From assembly GCA_032718475.1 (NCBI GenBank), contig JAUCBJ010008319.1, forward strand, positions 1-37,912: a stretch of DNA of 37,912 nt, in the 5' to 3' direction. The notes under the pieces are model-generated. The model was not told where the DNA came from and ran no database searches. It was given only the letters and a program-made list of their open reading frames with translations. Of the stretch, positions 1 through 11,044 are shown piece by piece; position 1 is the first letter of the stretch; the number at the start of each line of letters is the position of its first letter. A program made the translations under genes and the position numbers. Origin of the DNA: Nemertoderma westbladi (taxonomy: Eukaryota; Animalia; Xenacoelomorpha).

Positions 1-1466
1 AGGGAATATCACTATCAACAGGTCTATAATTACCCTTAATAGGGTTCACTATAGGAGTTTCTACTTCGCTAGCAGTATAGATGCGTGTAGGCTCCACACC
101 TTGCGCATGAGATACTTCAGACCTAACGGGTTGACACATTGTTACAGAGGGTGGTGGTATACCCTTTTGGGTGTTTACTAATTTATCGCGTTCAAGCGCG
201 ATACTTTGCTGCACTTCTTGCACGCTTACGTCCTTCTGGGCTCCTCCCCGAGGCGCACCCACGAGGCGGACGCTTTTCCACTACCCTTGGGGCCAGTCCG
301 ACTCCGTTTTTATCAGACCGGGCCGGAGGGTAGCCCGATGCTTCCCGGGTTCAATTTTCAATCCCCCGATCACACCGGCACAGCTCGTCGTGTGTAGCCG
401 AACGGCGGATCAAAGTTCGCCTACTGTCAACTTACTGTGGCCTGACTGTACATTGAGCCAACTCAGAGAGTCAACCGGCGGGTGGACCAGTCGATAGCGA
501 TCGAGCATCAAGGTCGCCCTTGAGCCAAACCGACGGTCTTGTCCCATGTGGGCTTGCGCTACCCAACATGGAATATTGACCGTTTTCACCCGCCTCGCCG
601 GCAGTATTGAAAAGGCAATACTGTCTGTAGCTAAAAAGCTACTGAACAAGTCACCACTTACCAGTCACTGTACACGTGTACTCAATAGATGCTCACGAAA
701 TCAAGTACACTACGGTAAACACAAAATCTGACGCATACCACGCACACACAGAGGACATAATCGGGGAAGACAAAATCGGTGACAAAATCAGAGGGGACAA
801 AATTGTATCGACTAATAAAAAGTCGAGAGTACTTTATTTTACCGACAGGGTAAAATAACTTTGTGTGCACAAAGTATGCTGGGGCGCAGTAAAATATGGT
901 CCTACTAATAACCGGCGGCGACTGAACCAACCGGCAAGGTTTCCCACACTCACTCGCAGTGGCCATACATACACTCACGTATACCACGTACACACACAAA
1001 CCACAGATTCCAGAGTATCATTCACTCGGACCACACTACAACACCAACCCCTCCTTGCAGCCGATATTCCGGGTGCCACCTCCATTCCAATAGTAGTACC
1101 AACAGAATCATCAGAACGTGTCCATTCCGATGCAACACCTCCATTCCAATAGTGCTACCCTGGGAAAAAACACGTTTTGGCAACCGATCGGAGACAGTAC
1201 AGAGTCTGGTCAACTCATACATACCAAACATAGACCTACCACATAGACCACATAAACCACAGATCACGCCATGCCACCACCCCTACTGTGTACAGGACTG
1301 GCAGTACGGCAACAGGCCGACTAGACGGTACCACGGCACCATGTTAATTCATGGTTCGCAAGACACGAGGGCCTTCAGTAACTCCCCTGCACTATAGTAG
1401 GATTTAACGTGCCCCCAGACCCTCACGAGTCCGCCGCCGCCTGTTTAGAGCACCCCTATAGAGACC

Positions 1467-3587
1467 TCACCTCCTTAGGCACTCTAGCCTACTTTCCCTC
1501 ACCGTTCCCTTTAAATGTTGGACAGTCCCTTCCAACTCTCGGACCTGTTGGGAGGAGCGTATCTGATTCTCCTTCATCTCTCCAAGGAGAATATCCATCC
1601 CCCGCCGTCTCTCGTCTACCCAATCAACCGCCGAAACGGGATCCGCCAACGTCGTAGCGGGCAGACAAGGGACAACGGGCGACAAATTCGGAATATTTCG
1701 CTCGGGGTCCAGGACCTGAACTGTCTCTCGGGCAGTTCTACGGGGCACAGGTAGCTTAGTGCTATGTAGAGGGAACTTATAGGTAGTCTCAGGGAGCACA
1801 GGTATGTCTATCACCGAAGGGGTGATTTCAAGAACAGGCCTAATTATTTCAGGCTCATCTACTATAGTAGGGAGTCTTTCTATTTTAATTATTGGGTCTG
1901 TGGGCTCTGTACTACCCAAGTTGGTGCTATTTAGTTGCCTTCTAACAGCTGGAGGCAAATCAGGCAATTTCTGACGGTGGAATGTTCTTTTACGTCTACT
2001 TGGACGAGATCTATTTCCCTTGCCTTCAGTATCGGTGGTATCGCCTTCCTCAGATGATGTATACCCCTGTCTCTTGGGAGTAGATCGACTCATCATCTGC
2101 ATATTGCTCGCTGTTAACTGTTTATTGAAGTTGTCCTGCTTTTCTTGAAGAATTTCCAACTCTAGTTGGGTTGCCTCTTCAGATGCCCTCCGTTCTGCTT
2201 CTACCACTGCCTCTGCTGTTGCCAGTGCCGCCTTTCTTTCTGCTTCGGCCGCTGCCTCTGCCGCTGCCTCTGCCGCTTTTGCCTTGGCCGCTGCCGCCTT
2301 TCTTTCTGCATCGGCCGCTGCCTCTGCCGCTGCCTCTGCCGCTTTTGCCTTGGCCGCTGCCGCCTTTCTTTCTGCTTCTGCAGCTGCCACTGCTGCTGCT
2401 ACTGCCGCTGCCTTTCTGTCTTCTATACGTTTTTTCTTTACTTGTTCTTCCTGTACCTTAACGACGCGGAGTTGTTCATCGAATTTAGCTTGATTAGCCG
2501 CTAACCTATCCACGTCGATGGCGTCAAGCACACGCTGTGCTCCTTCACTATTAGGGCTAAGTCCCTCTAGTCTTCTCCGCAACTCTTCATCACCTACAAA
2601 ACGCTGATAGTCTGACAGATAGATATCAATGGCATCCTTCTTATGCGGTTTCTCTGCCGTCGCCTCACTTTCCACTTGGGAAAAAGTAGCGTCTGTTGAT
2701 TCTCCATGGGTTGATCGCTCCTCTAGCTGAGCTTTCCACTGAGCAGTTCCTCGAACCTGGAGATTCACTCTTTGAAACCAAGTCTTTACGGCAACTTGCA
2801 ACGACGTGTCTTGCCTTCTTTTAGAAGCCTCCTCAAAGGCGGATAAGATTAGCCTAATCCGCAGAACTCTTTCTCTAACTTGATAAAGCAGCGATCCCTG
2901 CTCTTGAGGTCCTTGAGGTTGTTGAAAAAGTTGCTTTTCTATTCGCTCCATAGAGCTGAAGAATCCCTGTGCGTATCCGGCTGCGGACCTCTTCCACACA
3001 GCTGGATCGATGGTTTCCTTGGCTACTCCCATCCTGTGTATGTCTTCCCAGGCCGCTTCGGATAAATCAAACGGGAGTCCGGGTCCGGGGAAGTTCCATT
3101 GCGACTCGACAATAGACTTCAGTTCTTCACTAGTGTAGCCCGCGTAGCTATCTCTAGTTGACCGTTGACTTCTCGCCCAATCGATCTGGTGTTCTTCTAC
3201 CGCGATCAATAACCCAGCGAGCACGGCTGCAGGAAGGATGAGAAGGGGATCCGTATAAACCGCATCCGTCATCTCTGCTCCGCTCTCGGGTGTCAGCTCT
3301 ACAGTATCCTCACTACTGGAGCTGCTGGGCCGCTGAGGAAGAAGTTCTTGACTAGCGGGTTGTTGCTGTTCCGCCGCTTGTTGGTCCCGCTTGACCTGAG
3401 CTCGGGTGCCTATGATAGACCTACGATGTTGGACCAGCCTAGGTTCTGTTATTACTACTGGAGGGATGACTTTCCTCACAGTGGGAGGTGAACTGGATTT
3501 ACGACCAGACAGTGGTACGTCTCTATCTGAGTCGCAGATGGTTACATCTAATAAACTGTCTGACAGGTTCTGCTTAGTATCAGACAT
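1467..3587 (-). CDS. Orphan 706-aa intronless protein with Ala/Glu/Lys coiled-coil repeat; possibly ORF1/gag-like protein of an unclassified retroelement or endogenous virus
   Basis: 2.1-kb uninterrupted ORF, more GC-rich than the flanking DNA. It has a 22-aa (66-nt) tandem repeat AERKAAAAKAKAAEAAAEAAA(D/E), a basic patch RSRPSRRKR, and Pro/Ser-rich disordered segments. No catalytic motif recognised; the product is an inference. Confidence 0.55.
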   Translation of the reverse strand: MSDTKQNLSDSLLDVTICDSDRDVPLSGRKSSSPPTVRKVIPPVVITEPRLVQHRRSIIGTRAQVKRDQQAAEQQQPASQELLPQRPSSSSSEDTVELTPESGAEMTDAVYTDPLLILPAAVLAGLLIAVEEHQIDWARSQRSTRDSYAGYTSEELKSIVESQWNFPGPGLPFDLSEAAWEDIHRMGVAKETIDPAVWKRSAAGYAQGFFSSMERIEKQLFQQPQGPQEQGSLLYQVRERVLRIRLILSAFEEASKRRQDTSLQVAVKTWFQRVNLQVRGTAQWKAQLEERSTHGESTDATFSQVESEATAEKPHKKDAIDIYLSDYQRFVGDEELRRRLEGLSPNSEGAQRVLDAIDVDRLAANQAKFDEQLRVVKVQEEQVKKKRIEDRKAAAVAAAVAAAEAERKAAAAKAKAAEAAAEAAADAERKAAAAKAKAAEAAAEAAAEAERKAALATAEAVVEAERRASEEATQLELEILQEKQDNFNKQLTASNMQMMSRSTPKRQGYTSSEEGDTTDTEGKGNRSRPSRRKRTFHRQKLPDLPPAVRRQLNSTNLGSTEPTDPIIKIERLPTIVDEPEIIRPVLEITPSVIDIPVLPETTYKFPLHSTKLPVPRRTARETVQVLDPERNIPNLSPVVPCLPATTLADPVSAVDWVDERRRGMDILLGEMKENQIRSSQQVRELEGTVQHLKGTVRESRLECLRR

Positions 3588-3669
3588 GACTATGTATACC
3601 GTTGAATGTCTACTGCTGTATTACAGTCTGAGTAAGTCTAGTAACTCAATATTACCTACTAGCCTAGTA

Positions 3670-4100
3670 ATTAATTACCGGTACTGCTACTCAGTGTAGC
3701 GTGATATATATAATATATTAGAATACCGGTATACTTATAGTATATATAACTATATAAGTATTATTACAGACTAGGTTTATCACAGAATACCGGTATAGTT
3801 TTAGCACAAATATATATAAATATATAATAGGCCTATCTGAATACCGGTATACAGCTTACAGTTTGTAGGATATATAATTCTGAAATAGAATTAATTACAA
3901 GTACCGGTATAATTTCAGCCTAAATTTATAGAAATAAAGATAATAGGCCTATCGTAAATACCGGTATGCAGTTTACACTTATAGTGTATATATATAAGTA
4001 TAATTACAAACTAGAATTAATTACAGAATACCGGTATGATTTCAACCTAAAATTTATAGAAATAAATATAATAAGCCTATTGTAAATACCGGTATATCAA
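3670..4100. repeat. Degenerate ~60-bp tandem repeat anchored on TACCGGTA
   Basis: About eight TACCGGTA palindromes spaced ~50-70 bp apart (near 3677, 3724, 3788, 3842, 3902, 3959, 4029, 4088), with similar AT-rich spacers containing ttacag, tatata and aggcctat. Confidence 0.7.
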
Positions 4101-5029
4101 TTATTTTAAATAACTGAATTTCTGAATTTTAAGGGTTACTTGGTTACTTTACTTACTTTATTACCGTTATTTGAGCAGTAATCCAACTGATATTGAGACC
4201 TAATGGTTGTATGGTAGGCCTACGATTTATAAATCGTTAGATTTGATTTATAATATATATATACCCGTTTTAATGGGTTTTGTCAATGTTTGAAATAAAT
4301 GTTATTATTTCTGGGGAGTAATCACTACACAAAGCGGTGCGCTTTCAGTGAAGTGTTACGTACAGGACACTAAAACAAATAATACTAATTTACCTAAGTT
4401 ACTTAATACTACAAATTACGTACAATTCGGGTGAGATTACAATCTCTAAATAAACACAAAAATTTTACAAAAACACAAATACGAATTTTTAGGGTAATTT
4501 TACAAGAAGTCTACAAACCAGCCTAACAAAGGGTTAGAAAACTGATTATTACAGCGGACAGGGTACTACGGTATTTGAAATAATAAGTAGTAGTAAATAC
4601 ACTGCGTTGTCTAGATAGGAAAATGCCACCGCCTGACGACCTATAGCCGTATCGCTATAGGTTCTACGTTATGTATCACGGAGTGTTCCTACCTAGAAGT
4701 TAATAGAGCTAATCGAATGTGCCTATCAACCACTTTACAACACAAATATAATGCCTACAATAATTACTTCGGAAAGCACCGTACACTAAACCCTAAATTA
4801 GGTACGAGTACTTGTATAACAAATAATCAGTAGTTAAATATACTTGAACAGCTAAAAGAACCACGGCATCTGCTGGAGTGACCGATGCACAAAATCACCA
4901 GTCTTTACCTACGCCGAGCAGCCCGTGTAGTACCGGGGTTAATTTAACTATAACGGTATGTATAACAAACACAATTACTGTAGGAACAAACTTAGGGACT
5001 TGAATGTTGCGAATAATCGCATAAACTCT

Positions 5030-5602
5030 GAATAATAAATATTACGCTACGCGTACAAACTACTCAAACAAAATACAGACCGAACACTGACAGACTACTA
5101 TCAAGCCTAAACAAACTACGGTATATGCAGACTCCGAAATGATTAGGGAGTATGCGCTCTAACCCAGTAGTGCGACTTATTCTTTAGTTGGGGGTTTACC
5201 TTACAGTGTTCACTGCCCCTACTGCCTAATCGTACTTAATCGGACAGATGATCTACACACGCGGCAATCCGTTCAGACCTAATAACAGCCAGACAACTAT
5301 CCAGCCTACAAATTATTTAAATAAAATTATACGCTACCCGTACAGACTTACACAAACAAAGTACAGACTAAACGATGGCAGACTACTCTCAAGCCTAAAT
5401 AAACTACAGGACATGCAGACTCCGAAATGATTAGGGAGTATGCGCTCTAACCCAGTAGTGCGACTTATTCTTTAGTTGGGGGTTTACCTTACAGTGTTCA
5501 CTGCCCCTACTTCCTAACCGTACTTAATCGGACAAATGCTCTACACACACTGCAATTCGTTCGGACTTAACAGCAATCAGACAACAGCTCAGCCTACAAA
5601 TT
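5030..5602. repeat. 288-bp tandem duplication with a 99-bp identical core
   Basis: 5125-5223 is identical to 5413-5511; the flanking parts of the two copies align with many substitutions. Confidence 0.9.
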
Positions 5603-7097
5603 GTCTGTACAATCTGATCAGGTTTACACGCCTTCTGTTCAATACTGGCCTACAAACAAATAAAACTGACAGAAATAGGCCTAAGTAAAATCCCAATAAA
5701 AACCAGGCGTCCCCGATTAATTATTAAGACCTACCGGCATATATAATCAAATCGAATAATACTGCTGTACTTATACGGAAGTAGGTACCGGTCCGGATGA
5801 TCAGGCAGTCAGGCCTACTGGTTACCGGTCGACCGGTACTTTCGACTTTATTGCTTACTGCAATAAAGAAGCTATATCCTTTAATGTTCGCGCTTTCAGA
5901 CCTTTGGCAGTTTAACCCGCCAAATTAGAATGTCTTCTAGATAATAAATCGCTTTTTAGTCTATGACAAGTATTTGATTCACTACACTAGTCGAAACCAA
6001 TCCGTGCGCGACCATTCACCCGCTGGATATTCCCGGGAGATTGGGTTCGACGGTTTAATTTTTATTGCTATGTAAGCCTAATGTATTATTCGACTGACAG
6101 TATTATATAATCTCTGACAATATTATTCACCTTCGGTAATATTAACAGTTCCTTTAGGACGTGGCGCTTTATCTATATAAACAGAGTTATGACTTAAACT
6201 ACTCACAACGATATGGCTTAATTATAATCCACATATATGGCGCATTCTTTAGGAATTGCTTCTTTAACAGACTCACTCATACACTATGCTGCACAATACT
6301 GCACACTAATCTGCCAATCTTCACTGATTTTAGTCACATATAAAAGGAACACAGGCTGACTCATGTAGGGTCTATCAAATAACATTAGATTCACTTCAAA
6401 CCACTTTAACATAAGTCACAATCGTTATTGGTAACCTTTCTCTCTTACCTTAGGTATATCAAGAATATTGGGTTGCGGGGTTATTTATCGTTATTCCAAA
6501 TATAATTATTCATCAACCATATTATGAAGAACTGACAGCAAATAGCAGTATAAAACAACAAGTCAGTACCGGTATGTACTGCACATAGGCATGAGATATT
6601 CAAGTATTCAGTTTGCAGTTAAAGGATATATGCCCTTTATAATTAAACCTACTAGTGTACGACTAAAAAGCAGTACAGCACAAAAATACTTCCAAGCCGT
6701 TCTTTCTTTGGCTCAAGACTGAATGTAAGCACTGCACATAGGCATTGCGTCATTTCTCGGAAATTCTCTGTACAAGGAGCCACAAAAACGCTCTCATTGG
6801 CTGACTGAACTGAGAGACGCCGTAGAACAAAGGAAATCAACACGTATGAATGTCAGCTGTTAACCGTAGTCATAGTAACTACTGTTCAAGAGTAGCTATC
6901 ACCCTTTTGCGTCACGAATTGCCATAGAATCATAAAATATGCCTTTCACAGTACACATACGGAGGAAATAGGTCTTAGATCCTCTAAAAACACCGATACA
7001 GCAATAATACGGTCTCTTACACTTATTAAATCAACTACAGAGTATTTTAATGTAAAAGATAATAAAAATAACGGGGCAATTCAGCAAAGGCTTTTAC

Positions 7098-8199
7098 AGT
7101 GGCTGAATGCTGAAAGAACGAGTGGAGAAGTGGCTGAATGCTGAAAGAACGAGTGGAGAAGTGGCTGAATGCTGAAAGAATGAGTGGAGAAGTGGCTGAA
7201 TGCTGAAAGAACGAGTGGAGAAGTGGCTGAATGCTGAAAGAACGAGTGGAGAAGTGGCTGAATGCTGAAAGAACGAGTGGAGAAGTGGCTGAATGCTGAA
7301 AGAACGAGTGGAGAAGTGGCTGAATGCTGAAAGAACGAGTGGAGAAGTGGCCGAATGCTGAAAGAACGAGTGGAGAAGTGGCTGAATGCTGAAAGAACGA
7401 GTGGAGAAGTGGCTGAATGCTGAAAGAACGAGTGGAGAAGTGGCTGAATGCTGAAAGAACGAGTGGAGAAGTGGCTGAATGCTGAAAGAACGAGTGGAGA
7501 AGTGGCTGAATGCTGAAAGAACGAGTGGAGAAGTGGCTGAATGCTGAAAGAACGAGTGGAGAAGTGGCTGAATGCTGAAAGAATGAGTGGAGAAGTGGCT
7601 GAATGCTGAAAGAACGAGTGGAGAAGTGGCTGAATGCTGAAAGAACGAGTGGAGAAGTGGCTGAATGCTGAAAGAACGAGTGGAGAAGTGGCTGAATGCT
7701 GAAAGAACGAGTGGAGAAGTGGCTGAATGCTGAAAGAATGAGTGGAGAAGTGGCTGAATGCTGAAAGAACGAGTGGAGAAGTGGCTGAATGCTGAAAGAA
7801 CGAGTGGAGAAGTGGCTGAATGCTGAAAGAATGAGTGGAGAAGTGGCTGAATGCTGAAAGAACGAGTGGAGAAGTGGCTGAATGCTGAAAGAACGAGTGG
7901 AGAAGTGGCTGAATGCTGAAAGAACGAGTGGAGAAGTGGCTGAATGCTGAAAGAACGAGTGGAGAAGTGGCTGAATGCTGAAAGAACGAGTGGAGAAGTG
8001 GCTGAATGCTGAAAGAATGAGTGGAGAAGTGGCTGAATGCTGAAAGAACGAGTGGAGAAGTGGCTGAATGCTGAAAGAACGAGTGGAGAAGTGGCTGAAT
8101 GCTGAAAGAACGAGTGGAGAAGTGGCTGAATGCTGAAAGAACGAGTGGAGAAGTGGCTGAATGCTGAAAGAACGAGTGGAGAAGTGGCTGAATGCTGAA
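7098..8199. repeat. 31-bp minisatellite, about 35 near-identical copies
   Basis: Unit AGTGGCTGAATGCTGAAAGAACGAGTGGAGA; variants are mostly a single C/T change; no spacers. Confidence 0.97.
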
Positions 8200-8649
8200 G
8201 GTCTTCTAAATATTTATTATTATTTTCAATCTGTTAAACAATCGACGAGAATAATAAGTAACAAAATTTACTATCCCAAAAATAGCTATAGAGTTTGAAT
8301 TAAAAATCATCAACAAAATATGGGCTTTTCAATAAACTTCCCTCAAGACAAGAGGTATTTAAATCGAAAATAATAAAACAGTCCTTTAACCAACACCTGC
8401 TGCTTCTAATACCTAGTAAGCAGTGCTTAAACTGCTTAATGCTCAATTATATATTTGAGTTTCATTGATAGTTCGTCATAGAGTTACAGATAGTTCTTGT
8501 AAATACAACTTGTTCAACTATTAACCGGCTGATGCACTACTACTAGTTAGTAGTGAAACACTGTAAGTATCTGGAAAGTCGCCCTATTGCTTAGAGACTC
8601 GACTCAATAACGAAACCACCACGACCTTCTAACCAAAACCCAAGATGTA

Positions 8650-9075
8650 TCAATTATCATCGAGTCGATGTTTCTTCTTCTTCTTAGGCTTAACACGTTC
8701 GGCAATCTCCTCAACGTCCATCTCTTCAGCAAGCTCTTCCTTAACTTTCTTCTTCTTTTTCTTCTTCTTAACTTGGCCATCGGTTTCAAGAGAATCTCCT
8801 ACAGATTCAACCTGACTCGTTTCCATGCTCTCCTCTACACTTCCCACGGTATTGTCGAAAGTTTCATGTGTTTCCTCACCATCTTCCTCTAACTTTCTCT
8901 TCTTCTTTTTCTTCTTCTTTTTCTCGGTTCCCCCACTATCAACCTCCCTTTCTCTCTGCTCTTGCTTCCTTTTCTCGGCTAGAACTGCCTCGAACTCCTC
9001 CACAGCTTCCTTCATGGCCTCGGCGTTCGTAGGATGTGCGTCGCCAACTTCGTAAAACTTTAGTCGGTCCTCAAC
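8650..9075 (-). CDS. NOP56: Nucleolar protein 56, exon 2 (C-terminal Lys/Glu-rich tail)
   Basis: Acceptor ctttgtctccAG|GTT at 9076/9075, phase 0. It reads VEDRLKFYEVGDAHPTNAEAMKEA, matching the NOP56 VEERLSFYE...MKEA motif, followed by poly-Lys tracts and a stop at 8650. Confidence 0.93.
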   Translation of the reverse strand, partial: VEDRLKFYEVGDAHPTNAEAMKEAVEEFEAVLAEKRKQEQREREVDSGGTEKKKKKKKKRKLEEDGEETHETFDNTVGSVEESMETSQVESVGDSLETDGQVKKKKKKKKVKEELAEEMDVEEIAERVKPKKKKKHRLDDN

Positions 9076-9359
9076 CTGGAGACAAAGATATGGAGAGAAT
9101 TCGGTTCGTTTTAGACATAAAAACGGGAATTAACCAAAGAGACCCCGTTGAAGATGATATCATATGTAGGAAATAATCGCAATTAAACCGATTCGTGTTG
9201 TAAGTTGTTGTATAAGGTTATAGATAGTTAAAATTTACATGATGTAAATACTAAATAGGAAGTACAAATGTAACGTGTTGTTTCTCAGTTCGAAGTAGTG
9301 CGACCCCAAAACCCACCTGGTATTTCAGAGTTCAACCAATTGTATAAAATATAATCTCA

Positions 9360-11044
9360 CCTGAGAGCGGCCAACTAACACGCACTGTTAGTGTTTCTAA
9401 ATGCTGACCACTAACACTCACTCTGAGTTCGGCCCACTAACACTCACCTGGTGTTTCTGAGTGCGGCCCACTAACACTCACTCTGAGTGCGGCCCACTAA
9501 CACTCACCTGGTGTTTCTGAGTGCGGGACACTAACACTCACTCTGAGTGCGGCCCACTAACACTCACTCTGAGTTCGGCCCACTAACACTCACCTGGTGT
9601 TTCTGAGTGCGGGACACTAACACTCACTCTGAGTGCGGCCTACTAACACTCACTCTGAGTGCGGCCCACTAACACTCACACTGAGTGCGGCCCACTAACA
9701 CTCACTCTGAGTGCGGCCCACTAACACTCACTCTGAGTTCGGCCCACTAACACTCACCTGGTGTTTCTGAGTGCGGGACACTAACACTCACTCTGAGTGC
9801 GGCCTACTAACACTAACTCTGAGTGCGACCCACTAACACTCACACTGAGTGCGGCCTACTAACACTCACTCTGAGTGCGGCCCACTAACACTCACACTGA
9901 GTGCGGCCCACTAACACTCACTTTGAGTGCGACCCACTAACACTCACTCAGAGTGCGGCCCACTAACAGTCACACTGAGTGCGGCCTACTAACACTCACT
10001 CTGAGTGCGACCCACTAACACTCACACTGAGTGCGGCCCACTAACACTCACTCTGAGTGCGGCCCACTAACACTCACACTGAGTGCGGCCTACTAACACT
10101 CACTCTGAGTGCGGCCTACTAACACTCACTCTGAGTGCGACCCACTAACACTCACACTGAGTGCGGCCTACTAACACTCACTCTGAGTGCGGCCTTCTAA
10201 CACTCACTCTGAGTGTGACACACTAACACTCACTCTGAGTGCGGCCCACTAACACTCACACTGAGTGCGGCCTACTAACACTCACTCTGAGTGCGGCCCA
10301 CTAACATTCACTCTGAGTGCGGCCCACTAACACGCACTCTGAGTGCGACCCACTAACACTCACACTGAGTGCGGCCTACTAACACCCACTCTGAGTGCGG
10401 CTTACTAACACTCACTCTGAGTGCGGCCCACTAACACTCACACTGAGTGCGGCCTACTAACACTCACACTAAGTGCGGCCTACTAACACTCACTCTGAGT
10501 GCGACCCACTAACACTCACACTGAGTGCGGCCTACTAACACTCACACTGAGTGCGGCCTACTAACACTCACTCTGAGTGCGGCCCACTAACATTCACTCT
10601 GAGTGCGGCCCACTAACACGCACTCTGAGTGCGACCCACTAACACTCACACTGAGTGCGGCCTACTAACACTCACTCTGAGTGCGGCTTACTAACACTCA
10701 CTCTGAGTGCGGCCCACTAACACTCACACTGAGTGCGGCCTACTAACACTCACACTAAGTGCGGCCTACTAACACTCACTCTGAGTGCGACCCACTAACA
10801 CTCACACTGAGTGTGGCCTACTAACACTCACACTGAGTGCGGCCTACTAACACTCACTCTGAGTGCGGCCCACTAACACTCACACTGACTGCGGCCTACT
10901 AACACTCACACTGAGTGCGGCCTACTAACACTCACTCTGAGTGCAACCCACTAACACTCACTCTGAGTTCGGCCCACTAACACTCACTCTGAGTGCGGCC
11001 CAGCCCACTAACACTCACTCTGAGTGCGGCCTTCTAACTCTCAC
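9360..11044. repeat. 26-bp intronic minisatellite (~60 copies, some 34-bp variants) filling the NOP56 intron
   Basis: Unit CTAACACTCACTCTGAGTGCGGCCCA; starts directly at the exon 1 donor site. Confidence 0.95.

Noticed and set aside
2166-2504. Cys-rich, Pro/Leu-rich and Ala-rich ORFs on the plus strand
   Set aside because: Antisense shadows of the 66-nt repeat in the 706-aa ORF.
5140-5166. TTAGGG and CTAACCC as a telomerase-RNA template
   Set aside because: Template shorter than 1.5 repeats and no other telomerase RNA features seen; explained as local pairing.
5990-6016. tRNA primer-binding site (...GCGCGACCA)
   Set aside because: I cannot match it to a specific tRNA 3' end, and no LTR boundary is identifiable next to it.
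7098-8199. Hammerhead core (CTGA...GAAA) in the 31-bp unit
   Set aside because: Neither CTGAATG nor CTGAAAG fits CUGAnGA, and the purine-rich unit cannot form the stems.
11015-11044. NOP56 C-terminus VRVRRPHSE from the ORF track
   Set aside because: Read-through into the intron; homology continues in exon 2 at 9075.
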